DNA of 61,791 nucleotides, counting the filler, from Bipalium vagum (lineage: Eukaryota), in assembly GCA_037834085.1 (NCBI GenBank). It is 3 parts of 3 records of this genome, joined end to end, with 100 filler letters (N's around TTAATTAATTAA, not from the genome) between each part and the next. Parts side by side here need not be neighbours in the genome. Positions count along the whole stretch, not along the records: positions 25,469 to 44,748 come from JBBMKC010005683.1; 2 more parts are not named here. The stretch is one strand, 5' to 3'. The position numbers were made by a program, and so were the translations under genes. Of this stretch, positions 25,469-38,889 are shown in pieces. Numbering within the stretch: the first letter of the stretch is position 1; each line of letters opens with the position of its first letter. Below the pieces are notes generated by a model, which was not told the origin of the DNA, did no database searches, and saw only the letters and a list, made by a program, of their open reading frames with translations.

Positions 25469-26456
25469 ATTGAAAGTCATCAGAATTCGGCAAAGCACAA
25501 AAATGCAATGAAATCAATATCAAAAGTTACAATTCAACAATTTTTGCAAATCCCAAAAGACAAATTTAAAAAAGAAATCGTGCGGGTTTCGTTTATGCAG
25601 ATATTTTACTGTGGAAATTAAGGCATGAAAGCAACGTTGAAAAATAAAACGAGATTGAATGATTTCGCAAGTATTGGATGTCCACCAGAAGTAATTATTA
25701 CAAGATGGGGCAGTTGGCTAAAAGCAGCATTGTACTATAGTAATTTGCCGATGTTAAAAAAATTATAGAAAATTAGACAGGCGAATGAATATTAGTACAA
25801 CAGGCAAAATTAGCAATTCAATGTGACAACTTGAATAATTCATTGATTGAAATTCGAAAATGCTACTCTCAATTAGCATTTTGTATTAGTAAACTTGAAA
25901 GATCAAAGTATTCCATAAATGAAGCATTTCAAGCTATTCAAAATTTGAATTTCAGTATTGATCCATGTCAAATTATGGAATATATGGCAACAAGACTTGA
26001 TAAAAATGAAATGCAAAATATCATAAATTGTTCCAGGCCTGGAATATCACTACGAGAATATGTTTTATTGAGAAAATGCCAAAGCACAACATCATATGTA
26101 GAAAGAAGCTTTTCTTGTTTGAAAAATATGCTTAGTAGCAATCGGAATTTCAAAATGGAAAATATTAAGATGTACTTTTTGTTAAGTTACAATACTTCAA
26201 AAAATTGTTATGAATCATGTAATATGAGTAGTGAATAAATAAATACTGTTCATATTTAATTTTCTTTTGATTTATTTGAATTATAATTTATAAGGGCAAT
26301 AAAGTCAAAATTTTAGTTTATAGGTCAATTTTTAGTAATTAATAGGTCAATAAGTTAGTTCAATTTCAATGATTTTTAGGTCAATTTTTAGTAATTAATA
26401 GGTCAATACGTTAGTTCAATTTCAATGATTTTTAGGTCAATTTTTGGGGGGCCCTA
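25469..26456 (+). mobile_element. hAT-superfamily transposase 3' part with right end
   Basis: PPEVIITRWGSWLKAALYY and TTSYVERSFSCLKNML..NR (hAT dimerization-type); subterminal AGGTCAAT arrays; ends in GGGGGGCCCTA. Confidence 0.8.
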
Positions 26457-26499
26457 GTTATAACTGAAACATGGGATTATCTAAATAAATTTTATAAGG

Positions 26500-26910
26500 A
26501 TTCATGTGAAATTTAAAAATACCTGAATGCAAAAATTCAGAAAAATGATTTTAGCGAGATTATTAACAACTCAAGACTATGTTTTATTGAAGCATTACCA
26601 GTGCAGTACATCAGTTGTTGAAAGAAGCTTTTCCATGTTGAGAAATATGCTGTATAATAAAAGAAATTTTAAACCTGAAAATGTTAAAAATTATTTTGTG
26701 AATGCATACAATACATTAACCAATTGTATGGATGTTGATAATTAATAAAAATTACTTACGATTAATGTTACATTATTTTCACAACTTATTATGTAATATG
26801 ACTTGTATTTAAAAGTCAATAAAGTCAATTTCAATTGTTTTTATAGATCAATTCCCTTCATTTTATGCGTTAAAATATTAGGTTAATTTTTATAATCTTT
26901 AGGTCAATTT
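26500..26910 (+). mobile_element. Second, related hAT 3' fragment
   Basis: YVLLKHYQCSTSVVERSFSMLRNMLYNKRNF parallels the upstream copy; followed by (AG/AA)GTCAAT motifs. Confidence 0.75.
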
Positions 26911-28672
26911 ATTGTTATCATATTAAATATTTTACTCTTCAGGATGTCTGTACTTTTCCTAGTGCAGACTGAGTTTTTTTTAATTATTTACCAATTGTCA
27001 TTTCTATCACCAATGTTATTTTTATAGATACATTTTAAAATTTTCGTCGATAAATAAATATTGGATAATTCGTTGTTTGGTCGATTTTTTCACAACCTTA
27101 ATACTTAATCTTGTGATTGGTACACTACCTACACAAATACAGTTTAAGGGTCAGATAAATAAACTATACGCCTCTAACCTTAAAACCCATCATTTTTATT
27201 AAATTGATTTACCGAAAAACCATTAGTTAAGAAATAAAAGGGTAACTGAAATAAATGAACAGCTAATTTGTTTATATGGGAGTCAAAAGGAGAGCTAGAA
27301 GAAAGAACCGAATTTGTTTTTAATATTGTAATTTTTGTAATTTGATTAAATATGATTTTTGATTGTGGTTAGTAAGTTAATATTATTTTAGTTATGACAA
27401 AAAATTAAATATTTTTAATAATAAAAGTAAAAATAATTTTGCATAGTATATATAAAAAGGCAAATTGTAATAAGTCCAGCCTGAATGCAATGAATATAAA
27501 TAATATATAACAATTAAAGTAAAACTTTAAAACTGCCATATAAACAAAAACGAGTAATAGTCTAAATAGAATATGAGTGAACCTTTGAAATGAAAATTAT
27601 TATATATAACTTGATAAAACAAGTATAATTTTTTAAATTTTAGAAATGTCATTAATGTAGATAGAAAAATCAGGAAAAAATAAACAATTGTATAAACACG
27701 TAACTAAAAATCATTCTCATTAGTTTACTATGACTTATAGTTAAACGTAAGTAAATTAATAGATTCACTATTCTATTATCAGTTCATTTTAATTCATACA
27801 ACGTGAATATAAATGCCATTTTCTGTTTTTGTTCAAATAATTTTTCCCAGTTTCTTTTGTTTTATTTTTCGAACAATTACAGTCTAGTATCCGACAAATT
27901 ATTTTACTTCAGGGTGTCTACACTCTTATTGTTAATTGATTTTCGCTTAAAATTAATATAATATTTTCCACTTTGTTATTAATATTGTATAAACGTGTAA
28001 TAAAAATATGAATTATCATATTTTTCATTTTTTATTAACACAGCACCTTAACATTTATATATCTTAGTTGGAATCAGAATAATTAAGTAAATACTTACTC
28101 AAAATCTTATGAGTATAAAATTATTATTTAACTTAATAATTAGAAAGGTTTCTTTTTATATTTAGAGAAATGAAGATTTATTCATGCTCGCTTAATATTA
28201 AAAAGTTTTGACAAGAATTTTTAGAATTTTCAAAGTTTAATATTAGAATAAAAATATTTGTTACTGTTTATAGCAATCATTACGAGTCATAAATTTCAGA
28301 AGATGTGAACGATTTCATAAAATTAAAAAATATATAAAATGAATGAAACCTTTAGTCAAAGATAGATTAAAGTGCAATTATATTAATAATTTACTCGAAG
28401 AATAAAAAAATATTATTTTTAAATTTCTAAAAATATAATTTGCTGGTTGATATGTTGTTGATGGTTTTCTGTTCACTCACTAGAATGCACTGAAATATTC
28501 AAACAAAACAATAACTAAACGAAATTCATTTTTCTCATAAAATCATAAAATTAAGATCATTTTTCCGTTGAGTTGTTCATATATTTATTTCCTCAGTGAA
28601 ACGTTTTCCATTAACAAGTTACTGTTGTGAAATAAACAGTTATTATTGTCAGGATCCACTTAACTATTGATT

Positions 28673-30285
28673 TTGGATGTCAAATTTCATCCTTTTTTGG
28701 ATCTTTATCTTCACAAATTCTATAATACTGTAGTCGGTGACGATTTGAACATCTAGTATTATTGTAGATTTTAATTTTCCAAAATAACTGGTTTGAGAAG
28801 GTAGCTTTTAAACCTAAGAAAAAATTAATTTTTTTGAAATTTTAATTTAAGTGACGTGGATTCGTACAAATATAAATTTAAAAAATATGGCTACAAGTTA
28901 ATTGAAAAATTATAGGACGGACTACAATAAATCAGAAGGTTAAAATGTTGAAAAAGAATTTTGTTACAAAGTTATAATCAATAAACAAGCAATTTGGAAA
29001 TATGTATTTATATAAGTTTATTGTCAAGCATTATATTTCTTAAAATAAAAAATTGTTGATAGGAAAAATCTCACTGATTTCTATATTTCATATAATATAA
29101 TTTATAAATTAAAATTCAAGTTATTAACTCTGTAGTTTTCGTGATATGGTATTCATATGTTAAAATGCATAATAAAGAAGGGAGCATATATATATCACCT
29201 GATACTTTTTTGACTTTTGGTTTAAAAGATTAAAATTAAAGTATAAGTTAATGAATACAAAAAATATTCTAATAGAAACCTAATTCAAGAATTTCAAAGT
29301 TTATTTAATATTAAACAAGAAAAGAAACCATCAATATATTTATGGAACCTTCCGCCAGATAAATCCTGCCAAATTCATTGTAACTCATGTAGTCCCAGGT
29401 CATAATTTTTAATGATTGTTTGACACTAACACCAAGTGTAAAGCCGATAATGGCTTTATGTTATGTCTTACCGCACGTGGATTCGCCAATTAAATTTCAA
29501 AAAAGGACTCATCCTAGAATGTAGGCTTTATTCATTTCTGGGACGTACATTATAAACGCTTTTTCTTGTTGATTGATTAGGTTTATAACAAGTCTTACTC
29601 CATCATCAAGCCTTCTTCGGATAGTCTGGAAAGATAATTTTGATCTCACTTCCTCTATATCAACAGCATTTAGTCGATGGTTTTCTTCGAGAATTAATCT
29701 GCCATTATACTTTGTTGATAGTTACTTTTTTAAAAAATTACATTATCCTAACATTATAAATAAGCTATGCTTGACACTGATATACATGTTAATAATACAG
29801 AATTTATTAAAAACATGGCCGCCCAGTTCTCTCGATATGAACCAAATAAACTATTTGAGTAGTGATTAAGCATAAGATACGAAAAATGACAAATACAAAA
29901 AAATGAGCTTATTAATAAGATCTTTGACATCTCCGTTAGAGATAATGAAATGCTCAAAGGTGGTAGGATGGCATGCTCGTCGGATCTAGGTTCTTAGTTT
30001 TCTATTACAAACTTTTTTGTGTTCATTCATTTTTAATTTAAACGAAAATTAAATATATATATGGTGACAAAATTAACAAAACTGCTATTATTGAGAATAA
30101 CTAAATTAATGTTTTCTATACTTTTATGATAAAAATTTGGATTTTTAATTCTTAATATGTAAATAGTATAATACATAAGTCCAAAAATTGAATTACAAAT
30201 TAACAAAATGACATGACAAACTCTTAACCACAATGAGCATTTCTATCAAATTTTCAGTAAAATTTCTTTTATTAAAGTAACAGAT
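28673..30285 (-). CDS. Cluster of small exons of unknown product (possible 3' extension of the zinc-finger gene or a separate gene)
   Basis: Exon-like blocks with short GT-AG introns, e.g. ...KFNWRIHVR|VKQSLKIMTWDYMSYNEFGRIYLAE|GLKATFSNQLFWKIKIY...DEI*; upstream joins not fully resolvable. Confidence 0.4.
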
Positions 30286-30389
30286 CTAAAATTTCTGACA
30301 TAAGACATTTAAGTAAATTTATACAAAAATAATCTTCATTACAATAACTAAATTTATTTTAATTCTTCCTCTAAGTAGTAATTAATTTA

Positions 30390-31449
30390 TCAGTTTTTAT
30401 TTGAAAACATACGTTTATGATCTGGCTTTAAATCTTTCCATAGATTTTTTGATACTGATTTATTTGAAGAAACAGTTTCTGAAGAATTTATTGTCAGCTT
30501 CCCCTTTTCTTTAAGGATTTTCGATTCACATTTCAATGTATGAAATTGATAATCATTATAATTATCAAATACATTCCGACACTGGCATGTTAGTTTAACT
30601 AAAGGCGCTTGATTTCCATATACCATTACATTATCTAGTATATGCCGATCCGAGTGAAACTGAGAATTTGAGATTTCCATAAAGTCGACTTGACTTTTTA
30701 TTGAATTTTCAGATGAACCAATCAATGATGATTTAAAATTATCAACCGAAGGGTTTTTATTAATCACTAGAGATTTTCGTTGTGAAGAGTTCTGCTCCAA
30801 ACAGATTCCGCTAACTGGAGATTTAAGTTCTGAAAGTTCAGAAACATTGTGAATTTTCGATTTAATTTCATGTTCAAGGACTGGAATAATATTTTTTTGA
30901 TTTAAAAGTTCTTCATTAGAACTTGAGGCTTTCCGATTTGAATTTATATCACAAATGTTTTGATGACGTAGATAAGCAGGTAACCAATCAAATGTCAAGT
31001 TGCATAAGCATTGATAATAACCAGATTTATTATGAAAATTGTCAAAATGTGAATTCATTTCAATTTTTATGACTTCATTCAGTGAGTGCTTCAACATACA
31101 AATTTGAAATTGGCATTCTGGACATTTTGATAAATATTCCACATTATCTACCTATTCATATAAGGTTATAACTAATATTAATTTGGTAACTTACATTAGA
31201 AACATTTCTCAAATGAATTGAACGACCCCTGGTGGTTTTACCAATTGACTGTAATTCTCTTTTTTTATTAAATAATTATTCAATTAAAATAAATTACTTC
31301 ATAAATTCTTCATTTACATTTATTTTTTCAAATATCATTTTGAGTATTTCACTATCTGACCAGAAATTTGGTATAATTTGGAGTTGTTTCTTAATATTTT
31401 GAAATTCATCATAACAGGCTTCAGATAGTGGTACTATATAGTTTGGCAT
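30390..31449 (-). CDS. Zinc-finger protein (one C2H2-like and two CxC-x12-HxxxC fingers), about 325 aa
   Basis: Exons 31449-31298, 31258-31195 and 31151-30390 are in phase (39- and 43-bp introns); motifs CPEC...HFDNFH, CLCNLTFDWLPAYLRHQNIC, CQCRNVFDNYNDYQFHTLKC. A GTATGT donor at about 30412 may extend the gene. Confidence 0.75.
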
Positions 31450-31739
31450 CTACAATAAATAATTTTTACTTTACAAAATTGGCAGTATGCAAAACTTAAT
31501 AAATTATATAAATATTTAAACAATTTTTAATTTTTAAAAATATTTTTTAATAAAATTTTTGTTATTTCTGTATTACAGGATTATGCAGAATATATATATA
31601 TATGAATTTATATATATAAATATAAATTCAAAATATATAGAAAAATATTCCACAAATATATTGTGGAAATGTACACTAAATAAGTTTTTGTCTCACCGGT
31701 TTTTTTATAAACCATCTGATGTTGCGAAAATAATCACTT

Positions 31740-32230
31740 AATTCGATATCGATAAATCATACATGAGTACCTGAGTATCCTCCCGATCTATAATGGTTCT
31801 CATAAAGGATGATATTTGCGAATTGTAGTTAAGGGCAAGTATGGTCGCAGAAATTTGTAAGCAATACCTCGTTCTGTCATCAACTTAATAAAATCTTTGC
31901 GGTGATGGAACCTAAAATTGTCCATCACCAATACATTCCCAGGATTTAGATCGAAATTATTGCATAGCTTGTCACTAATAAAGTCCATAAAACTGTCCCA
32001 ATCGAAAGATCCGTCTTAGATTTTGAAGCATAAAATTCCTGTAAATTTGATTCAATAAATAAACAGGTATCAAAACAATGAAACCTATCATTTTAATTAG
32101 CAACCATGCAGCTAATATTTTTGGCGGACTAAAATGCGACCAAATTCAAATATAAACAATCGAATATTTTTTCTATATATTTCTGAATAATCTTCTATAT
32201 AGTTTGAATAGAATATGATATGATTAAACG
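31740..32230 (-). mobile_element. IS630/Tc1-like (DDE_3) transposase fragment, copy 1
   Basis: VLVMDNFRFHHRKD....ERGIAYKFLRPY, matching the DNA.FH...FLPPYSP motif; homologous to 51900-52400. Confidence 0.8.
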
Positions 32231-32439
32231 TAGCATTAATGTTATGTTGAAGGAAAAGTATTGTCTTCTTATATTTACAATCTATTATATGATTTAAGTT
32301 AAAGAGAAATGAATTATAGGCTGCACGCAATATTTATGATTTGTGAAATTCAATTAGCAAATGATATATTCAACGTTGGCACAGAAGATTCTGTTCTCGA
32401 AGACCAGAATATATTCACCAGATATAATATAATAATATA

Positions 32440-32700
32440 TTCTTATCGAGCCAAATTCGTTACAATCAACTCTTACTTTTTCAGAGATAACTTGGGTTGA
32501 CAATATTTAAGTTTGAGACCAACTATAACAAATTGAAAAGCTCAGAAGCTTCTAAATTGGGCCTGTGCCATTTGAAGTGAAAATTAATAAAATCAACGTT
32601 TGTTAATGTACCATTACTAAAAGAAAAGATGAGGCTCTACTTAAAAAAAGTCTTATTTGTGCAGAATCATGGATACATGATTATGATTAGCAAGAATAAC
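32440..32700 (+). mobile_element. mariner remnant (heavily decayed)
   Basis: LICAESWIHDYD resembles ITGDEKWI.YDN. Confidence 0.4.
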
Positions 32701-33599
32701 AATTTTTTAAATTTTTTTCTAATTTCTCTTAAACAGGATAGTCGAATTTTGTAAAAGTGTGTTTCATTTGAAAATTTTATTTGTAGTTTTCTTATTTTTA
32801 AAATTTCTGATATTCATTAAATTTTTTTCAAAATTGCCCACTTTTCTCTTTTAAGCTACTTTAAATTTTAAAAATTTTTTTCCTAATAAAATCAAATTTT
32901 TATATACAAAATTCAAAAAATGTCTTTTCTAGATCTATTGAGACTTTTCATAAATTTGAAACATTACAATTCAATAAATAAAATCTAAAAAAAAAGATAA
33001 TAATAATAAGATATTAATGTTAAATAATACTAATGAAAACATATGAAAATTATGAATAGTGTGAAAGTACTAATGAAATAATACTAGTCTTAAAAAATGT
33101 GTTAAAAAGTAAAATTTTATTTAAAAAAACTAGAATTTTTCCTAGAAATCAAAAGAAAAATATTTAAAAAATATATTTCATTCATTTCGTACACCATATT
33201 CTTCCATTTTTGTTTTAAAATTAAATAAATATTTCATAAAAATTTGTTCTTATATCTCCAGGTCCTAAAGTTCTTCGAAAATTTGAAAATCTATAATTTC
33301 TTTATTCGGTCTGTGGAATTACAATTATTTAATAATTAGTTATAATTACAATTTAAATGGATTTGAATTTTAAAAGAATATGTTCAAAATAATACTTAGT
33401 CATTAGTTGAAAAATATTAAACCAATCAACATGATTTTTTTATAATGTTTTGATAATTCTGACAAATAGATAATGATTATAATTTTTTTAATGTTCAGAT
33501 TATGAAAATCAGCAAGTAATTCATAGTTAGCTTTCAAAATGCATATCAAAACATAATAACTAATATACATTATTTAAAAGCAACAAAGATTATTAATTA

Positions 33600-34430
33600 C
33601 ACATAATCAAATAACCAGTTACGTAAAAAGAAACTAGAATGAAATAATATTCAATTGATGAATGCATCTTATTAACAATATCACCAGCATAGCCAAAGAT
33701 TTGTTCAAATGAAACTGAAGTTGACGGAATGAACAGTATTTGAGTCAATCAGTTTCACTTGCTTTGGAATAGTTTTGTTATTCTATACCTTTGGCAATCC
33801 CATTATATATGTCTTATAAGATACAGAGCAATATAATTTTCAAAGTAATTTCCTTTAATTCTTTGGACAATCATTTTAAATTTATATATCGTAGGTCAAT
33901 TGCTCTTACATACTTCAATAGGGCATGTATATATTTTGTGAGATTTGATAAATAAGTTTTTTTATGTAAATGACGCTTAATTAGAAAAATCAATTTTGTT
34001 CTGGTTTTATGCACATTATTTTTTAAAATTGTAACTGGTTTTATTTTTAACTCATTAAACTTTAATCACTTTAAACTGTAATCACAAGAAACCTTGCAAT
34101 CACAAATAAGTTATGCACGTAATAGTTCCGCCAATATAACGTCAACAGATCAATGTTGGTAAGATTAGAAACACGTCCATAAATTTATTTATAGTAGCCA
34201 TTTTATATTTTGTAATATAACCAGTTTGTTTTCAATGAGAATATTAATAGCAAAATTGAATTATTAATATAACAATGCAATATTTATATTTCCTGTTTGA
34301 CAGTGTTAAACCTGTATAATGTTTCCCATCTTGTGAAAGATAAGTCATTATTGCTTCTTTGATCTTCAAATTACGAAGCATTATACAAGTGCTATTCCAT
34401 CTTATTGAAAAATCTATTTGATCGTACACA
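33600..34430 (-). mobile_element. hAT (Ac-type) transposase remnant
   Basis: DFSIRWNSTCIML (TRWNS motif) and IPSTSVSFEQIFGYAGDIV (dimerization motif). Confidence 0.7.
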
Positions 34431-34504
34431 GTGATAATTTGTTATAATTTTAAAAGTCAGTTGTGTTAGGAACCCTGTGTTTGAAGTGCCTAACCCTAAC
34501 ACTC

Positions 34505-34660
34505 GAAAACGAGAGAACAACCGCTGCGAACATGAACTGCATCCGATCCATAAGCGGTACACAAATTTTCTGTTGCCAGAACAGCATTGTTGCCTTTTTG
34601 GTACTCATAAAGGATGCAATGTCTAAAATGAGTTTCGTCATACGTTTTCAATTCTAAAAA
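34505..34660 (-). mobile_element. mariner N-terminal HTH fragment
   Basis: DETHFRHCILYEYQKGNNAVLATENLCTAYGSDAVHVR. Confidence 0.8.
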
Positions 34661-36099
34661 TATTAAACAATAATATATGAATAAATACGAAATTTTTCAT
34701 TTAAATAATGCTCTATTTTTGTACTTTAAATAAACACAAAAATATTTTGCATTTTAAAGTAATAAAGATTAAAACATTTTGATTTTGTAATGCATTCTTG
34801 CCAAGCTATTAATCATAGAAAAATTTTTTATTTCTACAAATTTTTAATGTGAAACACCCTTATTCATTGATTTCTCTTGTACTTCGAAAAAGTTACCATT
34901 TTATATATCAGTTCAAAATATTTGATGTAATTTGTTGGTAGATGATTAAAATAATTGTTGTTGATTAAAATAATTGTTCAAATACTGGCCATATATGATC
35001 CTGTTTATATTAATTTAATTTATAATATTTTTACAATTATTAAATTATTGTTTAATATTTATATATTTTTCTATTTTCAAATTTCTTATGTATTTATAAT
35101 TTAATATCTATTTTAGTTAGTAGAGGTTTCTAAAATAATTTTATTATAAAAAAATATTTATTTTTATAATAATTTATTTATTATTATTAATATGAAATAA
35201 ATATTTATAATTTAATTTTATTCATTATTATTATTGGTTATTTTTATTTTAATTGTGATTATCATGCAAATTTCTTTAACATAAATAACAAAAATAAAAA
35301 TAGAATTAAACTTAACCTTAAAATATAAACCAAACTACAATATTAGTTAAATAATCAGAGAATGTTATCATCGTAAATTGTCAAGAAGTTGGAAATTTCC
35401 ACAGTTAAAGTGCAAATTACTTTGGTTCTGATCGAAATGTTAAATCAAAACAAATTGCATAATATCAAAATTTAAATGAATATTAGAAGATGAAATTGAA
35501 CAAGTTATTTAGCAAATCGAATAGCAAATCAAATTATTTAATGTTCAACACCAACTTCGTTATCAAAAATCAAAATTAATGTAGTTAAATAAACGAGAAG
35601 AAAATAAAACGAAGTAAAATAAATAAAAGAATCATAAAAAAAATAAAAATAAAAAAAAATAAATAAAAGAATCAAATAAAACTAACACTGATCTTTTCGT
35701 TAAATAGTTTGCGAAAGAGAAAAATCTTTTTTTCAAATTTAATTTACATCGATCATAATTTACAATTTTATCCTCAACATGATTTTCGTTCAAAATTTAC
35801 GATTCTATATTTAAATTTATTGATCTCATGTATTTTTGTTAACATTTATAGGAGCTCACTGAGTTCCTCCCATTCACCATTTCCGCCATACGGCTAATGC
35901 TTCCTGAAAATTCTAAAAACTCATTTCTTTTTAAAAGTAGCACTGTTTGTCATATATCTTGTTTCAAATATTAAGCTTTCTTGAAGCAACAAAAATAGAA
36001 TCTCCTTTTAGTAAATTAATACTTATTCTTTTTTTTAAGAAAAAATTTATCTAATAATAATTCTTTATATATTTTTAAATATATTAATATTATTACAAA

Positions 36100-36390
36100 C
36101 AAGCGATACAATCTGATTCTGTGGTGCGATTTACATAGTGGTTTTTTCTTTAAGGCGACACATAATGTCCATTTATTAAAGTCTGATGGCGACCCGGTGG
36201 CGGTTTGTCAACTAGACTGGTGTCGCCTTCGTTGAAGCGCTTAAACTAGATTGGCGCGGTATTTAAATTGACTATACCTATATCTTCAATTTCAAAAATT
36301 TGTTCGGCTACAGCTTTAAATTTTCTCAATTTTTCCAATAACGGTGCAATATATAGTGCACGAATTTCTATTTTATCTTCATTTATTATA
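36100..36390 (-). mobile_element. mariner N-terminal fragment
   Basis: IRAL...AVAEQIFEIEDIGIVNLNTAPI*FKRFNEGDTSLVDKPPPGR; same type as the element at 37960-38790. Confidence 0.75.
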
Positions 36391-37051
36391 AGCTAGATAA
36401 ATCTTTTAAAAAAATCTTTAAATTATATATTTTGTGATATAAAAACCGAGCTTTAAAAATATTTTTAAAATTAAACAAAACAAAATGTAATTTATTTTAA
36501 AATGTTAATATAAAATTAGTAATTAATTATGTTCAAAGAGTTTACGGACATCCATAAGCTAACCAATCCATCCGTAACTGTCATCATAACTGACACCATG
36601 GAAACTTGTGGAAGGGATCTAATATTTTTATTTTCTTTAATAACCTGTTGAGCGTATGACTGAGAAATTCTTGAGCACTTTCCTGTCTATTCAAAATAAA
36701 TTCTGGTTAAAGATTGTGAAAAGTACAATTTTTAATAAAATCATAAATGGAAAAAAAATCTGTTTCAGAGCAATCTACTAAGTTTTGCATTGACCTAAAA
36801 GTTTGACCTTTAGAATTTCTAAAGGAAACTAATAAATTTACAAAAAGGCTTAACATAGGTTTTAACAATTGTATTGCTTATTCTTTAAACGGATTGGGTC
36901 TGGTGGTAAATTTGACGGGCTGTTAATTAATAGTTTTATATTTCAAAATTTTTCATGATTACAATTTTCGATTTTGTTTTTAAATTATTCATTATTATAT
37001 GTTTAAAAATTATGGTGTGAGAGATGTGACTTTGACCAGCTTAACGATATA

Positions 37052-37530
37052 CATGGTGTCTATAAAGTAATTATCCAGTTTTTAAAATGTAATACCGTAA
37101 AATATATTCAACTTAAGACTGCAAATTTTTGACAAAATAAAATTTGTTTTAAAATTTAATATTTTTCTACAGAATGATCATTAACTTTATACACTTATTT
37201 AAGCAATTATAAAAGTCATTCATAACATTTTGACACATTTCTGGTGATATTCTCGCTGTCTCTATTTGAATAATATCTTTCAGGTCGTCGATATCTTTTG
37301 ATTTTCTTCTATATATACATGTGGGCATCATTGTCCTCCCTTAGATATCTTTTTCTATCTCAAGCCTTCTAAATGCCATCCAATTAATGTTATGAGTAAA
37401 ACAATTTACACACTTTCTTCAATGAAGAACATTATTAAAATTTGAATTTACTGCAATTAAATTCGATAAAATCAACTTATTAAAACAATTAAACACTGAA
37501 ATTAAATTTCCGAAATCTTATTTCTTAGAA
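37052..37530 (-). mobile_element. maT/Tc3-like remnant
   Basis: TA-CATGGTGTC terminus; YRRKSKDIDDLKDIIQIETARISPEMCQNVMNDF C-terminal motif. Confidence 0.55.
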
Positions 37531-37857
37531 AAATGTAAATTGAATATATTTAATTATGATAAAATTCAGATACTTCAAAAATACCCTGCATCTATTAGCA
37601 TCTACCTCACAACACAGATTTATATATGCAAAACGAAATTTCTTAGACCATCTCTACAATGTGACTGAGATTTGATTTCCCTCTAAGATTTGGCGGAAAA
37701 ATTAATAAATATTGACAAATATAAACGCCGATGAAAATTTTAAAATTTAATAACAGTTCAGCTGGTATAATATGTACGGCTTAGTTTTATTAGACAATTA
37801 ATCAAAAATTAAGCATTTTATATAATAAAAAACGAAAGAAGCCTAATAATATAGTTC

Positions 37858-37970
37858 TGTTAAGATCCTAAAAGTTGGGTTGATATTAAAGGTGGAGCTT
37901 ATTATGCTTAGATCTTAACGTGTGAAGGTTGTGTTCGGTTATGATCGTTTAAAATAACTAAGAGAAAGAA
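37858..37970 (-). mobile_element. LTR-like repeat end (copy 2, diverged and truncated)
   Basis: TGTTAAGATCCTAA...ATATTAAAGGTGGAGCTTA...GGTTGTGTTCG. Confidence 0.65.
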
Positions 37971-38790
37971 TAATCTTTCTGCCAATTGCTCAAATTCATA
38001 GCGAAGTGACTCAGTTTTTTTGAGGCGAATAATTCCATTTTTGAGCTCTTCCTTTGAACCAAAGCGTCTCCGTAAAAAATGTGAGACCAAAACATATGAT
38101 AATCAGAAGGAGCGAGATTCGGACTATACTCTGTGTGATAGAAGAAGGTTATCATCGATAGCTCGACCATCCGGAACAAGTTACCAGTGCTCAGGCCCCT
38201 CGTAATTCCAACAAACGCATAACATTGATTTCTTTTCGAAGGGATCTGGTGAAACTACTTGCTGAGTTGACTGGCCAGGAAGAAGCCATAGCTTTCCTCT
38301 ACTAGAATTACGGAAGAAAACCCACTCTTCATCTCCTATGCGTCTCCAAAAGCGGTTGTCTTTAGAATTCTGCAGTAATTCGCGGCAAAGATCAACTCGA
38401 CTCTTGGATTGATTATCTGTCAATTCGTTGGGAACTCGGAGTGGGTTTTTATTTACAAAACCCATGTTATGCGGATGACGAACGCTGTTGTTTTGAGAAT
38501 GCTTGAGTTCCTCTGACAGACATCGGGTGCTTGTACTGGGCTGCTGCTCTACTAGGGCTCAAAACTCTTCCTTGTTCACAACCGATGGTCGACTGGAACG
38601 TTCCTGATCCTCAAGACCGGTATCTCCCTGATTAAAGCGACGAAACCACTACTGATCTGTATTTTCCTTGAGCACATTCTTGCCTTCCACGTCGCAAATT
38701 TCTTGAGTTGCAGCTGCAGCTGATATCCTTTTTTTCAAATAATGACATAATATTACTACTAATATAACTACTGACTTTTCTTCAATCATT
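37960..38790 (-). mobile_element. mariner transposase pseudogene
   Basis: WFRRFNQGDTGLEDQERSSRP, VPNELT, IGDEEWV, YSPNLAPSDYHMF. Confidence 0.9.
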
Positions 38791-38889
38791 CTTACTTTAA
38801 AAATAGGTAAAGAATTTTATAAATTTAACTTTTTAAATGTAATAACATTCAAGAGCTTTTAAATGATACCAATTTTTTCATATAAATGT

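Noticed and set aside
36150-36260. Long GC-rich stem-loop (AAGGCGACAC...GTGTCGCCTT) resembling an ncRNA
   Set aside because: The minus strand translates to the mariner HTH motif FKRFNEGDTSLVDKPPPGR, so the structure is most simply incidental to TE coding sequence
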